From Macrostomum lignano (lineage: Eukaryota), in the NCBI GenBank assembly GCA_002269645.1, contig NIVC01000302.1, positions 130,303-194,302 on the forward strand: a DNA stretch of 64,000 nt, given 5' to 3'. This document shows, piece after piece, positions 60,601-64,000 of this stretch. The position numbers were made by a program, and so were the translations under genes. Under the pieces are notes generated by a model that made no database searches, was not told the origin of the DNA, and was given only the letters and a program-made list of their open reading frames with translations. Position 1 is the first letter of the stretch; every line of letters starts with the position of its first letter.

Positions 60601-62050
60601 CCCACACGATGGAGGACGGCCCGGAACGGCCGGTGACTTTTGCTTCAAGGACGCTGTCAGCAGCGGAGCGAAATTACTCGCAAATTGAGAAAGAAGCCCT
60701 CGCCATCGTGTTCGCCATCAAGCGGTTCCACCAGTACCTGTTCGGCCGGAGCTTCACGATAATTACGGATCATCAGCCGTTGACGACGATTTTCGGACCG
60801 AAGGTTGGCATCTCCCCGACTGCAGCAGGGCGACTTCAGAGATGGGCACTGCTGCTGTCAGGGTACAGCTTACAGCTTACAGTACAGCATCCGGTTCCGC
60901 AAGACTGCTCAGCACAGCAACGCAGACGGCCTGTCTCGCTTGCCGCTGCAGATGAAGGACGACAGCCCAGACGACGACGATCGGGTCTGTCAGCTGACGG
61001 GCGAATTCCCATTGACGGCGGCGGATGTAGCGGCAGCAACGAAGCGAGATGACGAGCTTCGAGATATTCTCCGGATGATAATGACTGGCTGGCCAGAGTT
61101 GGTTCCGCCGCGGCTCGAGCCCTACTTTCGTCGTCGACTAGAACTAAGCGTGGAAGACGGCTGCGTGATCTGGGGAACTCGCGTGCTGGTTCCGGAAGCG
61201 TTGCGACCTGGAGTTCTGCTCGAGTTACACGTGGAACATTTCGGCATGGCCCGGATGAAAAGTGTCGCCAGAACCTTCGTCTGGTGGCCAGGAATGGATG
61301 CTGACATCGAGTCGGTTGCCAGCAGCTGCCAAGCCTGCCAATCCGTTAAGTTGCATCCGGTGCTGGCTCCACTGCACCCCTGGGTGTGGCCAGACCAGCC
61401 CTGGGACCGCATCCACGTTGACTTTGCCGGGCCGGTTCGAGGCCGCCAGTTTCTCCTCGTAGTCGACGCGCACTCAAAGTGGCCGCATGTGGAGGCCGTG
61501 TCAACACTCTAATCAGCCGAGCTGGTTCGCAAGCTGCGAGTGTTGTTTGCACAATGGGGCCTGCCGAGAGAACTGGTATCGGACAACGGTCCAGCATTCA
61601 TCAGTCAAGGATTTAGCGATTTCTGCAAAGCAAATGGAATTCGCCACACAAGAAGCAGTCCATATCACGCCAAGACCAACGGACTGGTGGAACGGCTGGT
61701 GAAGTCGTTCAAGATGGCCATGGAGGCGTCACAGAGCAGTCAGCCGGACCTCGACATCCGGCTGTGCAACTGAATGCTGGGCTACCGAGCTAGCCCGCAC
61801 CCAACGACCGGTCGGACACCAGCGGAGCTCTTCCTGAAGCGGCAGCTCCGGACTCGAATGGACCTGCTGCGGCCGTCAGCCCGGGATCGAGTACTGCAGG
61901 AGCAATCCGCCCAGAAACGACAGCACGACCGGCGGTCGCGGGAGCTGCCAGAGGAGCCGTGGTCGGAGGCCTGGGCCAGGGACTACTGGCCTAATGCGCG
62001 GCCTGGCAACCAGCAAAAGTTCTCGAGCAGACTGGGCCGCTGAGCTTCCG
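57664..62050 (+). pseudogene. Fragmented gag-pol of Gypsy element 2
   Basis: MASVGQLEPY gag, AERFKFY, zinc knuckles, LDTGA, LDLSQCY, RIDD, DAS, QIEKEAL, VDFAG, SDNG, NGLVER. Several frameshifts, stops and an insertion. Confidence 0.9.
57866..58776. mobile_element. Composite hAT-type MITE inserted in gag
   Basis: TIRs TAGGGATTCCAA..TTGGAATCCCTA, 8-bp TSD TCTGCAAT, many ATCCCGGGAT subterminal motifs. Removing it restores the gag frame KPTDLQ-YSALTEH. Confidence 0.92.
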
Positions 62051-62509
62051 AGTCGAAACAAGCGACGGCCTGATCTGGCGCCGTCATGCCGACCAACTGC
62101 GGGGCCGGCGAGTCGAGAGCGACGAACCTGACGGTCCAGCAGCCGGGACCGAGCCAGCTGAAGCTGCGGACTCGACCGGGACCGGCGCGGAGCACCCGGA
62201 GCCGGAGCCGACGCGCCCTGCGGACTGCAGCCTGCACGCGGCGACGGCCACCTGAGAAGCTGACCTACTCGAAACTCTGGAGCTGTGATTGATAGGGAGC
62301 GGACTTCTTCTGAGAGGGGAAAAGTGTCATGACTTATGGGGTGGGGCCGCGTGGTAGGGGTGGAGCTTGTTTAGTAAGCCTAGTTAGCAGTACGTACGTT
62401 AATGTACATGCGCGGGCCACCGTGCCCCTTGGCCTATAAAATATACAGAGCGTGGAGGGTTTTGCCTCAACTGAGTTTACTCCAGAATAAGCGACTTGAC
62501 TTCATTACA

Positions 62510-63128
62510 GATGCTTCTATTGAAAACATGCGAATTGAATAGCAACACTGTGCTGCAGCGGGAGCAAAGCTAAGCACGGGACGGTGCATGAGAGGCTTGC
62601 TGGTGTACCGATTAGAAAGCTGGCGACGCACTCAGCATACTGCTACAAGTAGCAAGGCAGTAAGACTGGCTGATTTTAAGCATTTTATGCGCATGCAGTT
62701 TTAAAAACCTTTGCAGGTTGTTTACAAAATCGAACTATCAAATGGTCGATAGGGAGAGCTTTGGTCAGTTAAATAAACCAAAATATGAAGGCGGAATCAG
62801 CATTGGATTTGCAGCTCATCAAGTAAATGGTTGCGAACGGCGGGCTCGCAGGCAGGTTTGCAAACTTCAGCGGTTCTTTGGTAATTCGGGAGGCGCTGAA
62901 GCAGACAGTTACAGATCAGGCTTGGTCTGACTGCAGTTGTCTCTCAGCGTCTGCAGGACCTCCGGGTCTCTCATTGCGCTGTCAAACGAACGGTTTTGAT
63001 GAGGACTCGCGCACAGGCAAGGCGCCTCTCGGAGCAGTAGCTCAAATTTGTGCGCCATCAGAGCCCGGAAAACTCCCAAGAAGGCGCTACAAGGAGCTAA
63101 TTAACAGGTGAAGAACACCGGCGCGGAT
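62510..63128. repeat. Unclassified dispersed repeat Y, copy 3 right part
   Basis: Continues 57314-57465 after the Gypsy insertion; diverged from copy 2. Confidence 0.88.
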
Positions 63129-63440
<312 letters not shown>

Positions 63441-64000
63441 CATGAATTTTGAATGAAAAGTTGTATTTTTGACTAAGCACAATATTTGACAAGCTGTTGG
63501 ACAAAATCCTAAATGCGAAAATTATCATTAATTTTTAGTTCATTAAGGGCTAATAGTTCGTATTGAAACGGAACATATTAAGGCAATCAAGGCGACGGAC
63601 TCAAGTGTATTGTTGTGACTTTATGGTGAGCATCATTTTTAGGCAATTAGAAAATTTATAATAGCTGGTAACTACTCAATCTAAATATACTATAAAAACT
63701 CTTAAAGGAGGCTAGGTGTTAAGGCAAAACTTGTGTGAGGAAGATTACAATTTCACAAAATACGAGTATTGCGTAGTATTGCGCATAAACTGCGGGAATG
63801 TGGTGCATGGCCACATAAAGTGGCATAATCGCTTACTCGTAAACTGAAATTTAGCAAATACGCGAGGGAAAGAACAATGAATAAGAGGGAAGACTTAAAA
63901 AAGTAATTGTAAAAAGGGCTACTAATGATAAAAAAATGGTAATGCAACTGCAAGAGCATTAGTCATGGATATAATTGTGTCGGTGCAGCTGTCAATCAAA

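Larger units (their letters stand above)
57466..62509 (+). mobile_element. Ty3/Gypsy LTR retrotransposon 2, degenerate
   Basis: 185-bp LTRs at 57466-57650 and 62325-62509 (two differences seen), TSD GATGC, PBS TGGCGACGAG, PPT GAGAGGGGAAAAG. Inserted into repeat Y copy 3. Confidence 0.95.

Overview
Repeat-dense metazoan genomic DNA. A free-living flatworm such as Macrostomum is my inference from gene style, not something the sequence proves. Positions 1-24566 are a head-to-tail array of 1.6-3.4 kb units. On the minus strand the units have Helitron-like termini: an A|TC 5' end at 24566 and a hairpin plus CTCG at every junction. Some units carry a nested 390-bp mini-LTR element and a 38-bp TIR-only hAT-like element. 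The array lies upstream of the first visible exon of an NVL AAA-ATPase gene (24645-31046) whose D1 ring looks degenerate. TOM7 (32949-33140) and MED20 (34356-35961) follow on the same strand. MED20 has no genomic ATG where its conserved MGVT start should be, and every intron of these genes holds its own private minisatellite. The rest is mostly transposons: a gag-less Ngaro/PAT-like tyrosine-recombinase retroelement with its empty site visible, two Gypsy LTR elements, a composite hAT MITE, a Tc1/mariner deletion derivative and CORE-SINEs. There is also one compact single-exon gene for a small secreted six-cysteine protein (54291-54578, minus).
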